From Paragordius varius (taxonomy: Eukaryota > Animalia > Nematomorpha), in contig OZ176053.1 in the NCBI GenBank assembly GCA_964247055.1, forward strand, positions 11,656,001-11,720,000: a DNA stretch of 64,000 nucleotides. Direction: 5' to 3'. Made by a program: the position numbers and the translations under genes. Below are positions 63,039-64,000 of this stretch, in pieces. Below the pieces are notes generated by a model that was not told the DNA's origin, ran no database searches, and saw only the letters and a list, made by a program, of their open reading frames with translations. Position 1 is the stretch's first letter; every line of letters starts with the position of its first letter.

Positions 63039-64000
63039 GTATAAATTTATATTTATTTACAAAATATATTAAACCATTTTTGAGCGTAGTTAATGTTGGG
63101 TCTTAATCATAATGAATACTTTTCGAACTTGTAACTTTGAGGGCATGTTAAAATAATCTTGCGACATTTTAAATTTTTTTTACCAAGTTTGTCGAAAATG
63201 TTAATTTCAGTATTTGTCTGTTTCATTCGTTTTTATTATGTTACATATAATTTTACTTTCACCGTAAACCCGATGAACCTAATTCTAAAATATATGGATT
63301 AAATCATGTTAACCATTCTGATAAATAACCCATTTTATGACTTAATTTATTTTGATTTTAAAACACAATCTGTAAATGTTTAACAATGGAATTACATTAG
63401 GTAATTAATGACCAATACCAGGTGTAGTCATAAGTTATAGGCTAGACAAGAGAAGACGGAGCGAAAATAGGACGATTAAATTGATACAGACCCCATTCGT
63501 TCCTCTAAAAACTACAAACGCCCAACATTTAGGTTCGCCAAAAAATAACGTATCATATATATCATTAAATATTCACATCGAATTTTTTTCTGCAAAAAAA
63601 ACACCTTCGGCGCATTGCTTTTCTATTATTTTCTCAGAAGAGAAATGATGTTGAAAGTCATCGTTTGGTAAAAACATATGGTGTTAACATGTCTGAAATA
63701 TGTGAAACATGGGGTTCGAACATTTAAAAGTTGTGATAATGTAAAGTGACTGGTCGCTCAGTAAATCTCACTGCGAAGACGATAAATCCAGGAGTTATTA
63801 ATGATGACTCAACTCAAACCCATAACCATTACTGATATGACAAACAATAATCAGTAGCGTCTATGAGCAATTGGAAAGATTTAAACTCGTTAAATGGATC
63901 TTTCATAATTTGTATATACGCCACTCAAAGTGACTTGTATAATCTTGCGTCAACTTCACGGAAGAAAATCATTTTTGCCTCGAGTAACAATTTAAGAGAA
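53183..64000. repeat. Tandem segmental duplication, unit ~4.94 kb (2 full units + start of a third), with older diverged units upstream
   Basis: Landmarks recur at 53183/58132/63069, 53979/58926/63863 and 56238/61181. Older relatives lie at ~50170-53180 and ~47380-47545. Confidence 0.95.
53537..54684 (+). mobile_element. Decayed Mos1-like mariner with both TIRs (copies at 58481-59629 and 63418 to window end)
   Basis: ta|ccaggtgtagtcataagtt ... aaatttatcgctacacctgg. Remnants HLRRIAFLLFSQKRNDVESHRLVKTYG, NNLREV, DNQFF and RWAKCVETDEQY match the Mos1 N- and C-termini; many stops and frameshifts. Confidence 0.85.

Overview
Very AT-rich eukaryotic (metazoan-type) genomic DNA. Gene models were built by hand from GT-AG sites and reading-frame phase, because the ORF track misses most exons. 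Genes: (1) 3' part of an Ig/FN3 muscle-type gene, one domain per exon (+, 3117-11320); (2) WDR46/UTP7 (-, 11 exons, 12719-19064); (3) an RSKR/SGK494-like AGC kinase (+, ~19093-26406), head-to-head with UTP7, with 23-33 nt introns and an antisense RTE LINE in its last intron; (4) intronless PICK1 (+, 27012-28187); (5) an orphan signal-peptide gene (+, from 32460) that continues into symmetric 18-33 nt micro-exons encoding a Pro/Ser/Thr-rich tail, which are being multiplied by a ~4.94-kb tandem duplication running off the window end. Mobile DNA: two RTE LINEs, several decayed Mos1-like mariners, an IS630/Tc1 remnant, several MITE families, a Helitron-like element and a zinc-finger insert with a 31-bp TSD. 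The two most notable signals are a TSD-flanked, ORF-less tandem element carrying four intact minimal type-I hammerhead ribozymes (39773-41169; Penelope-associated retrozyme architecture) and the duplication-driven micro-exon array. No database searches were possible; family assignments rest on recalled motifs.
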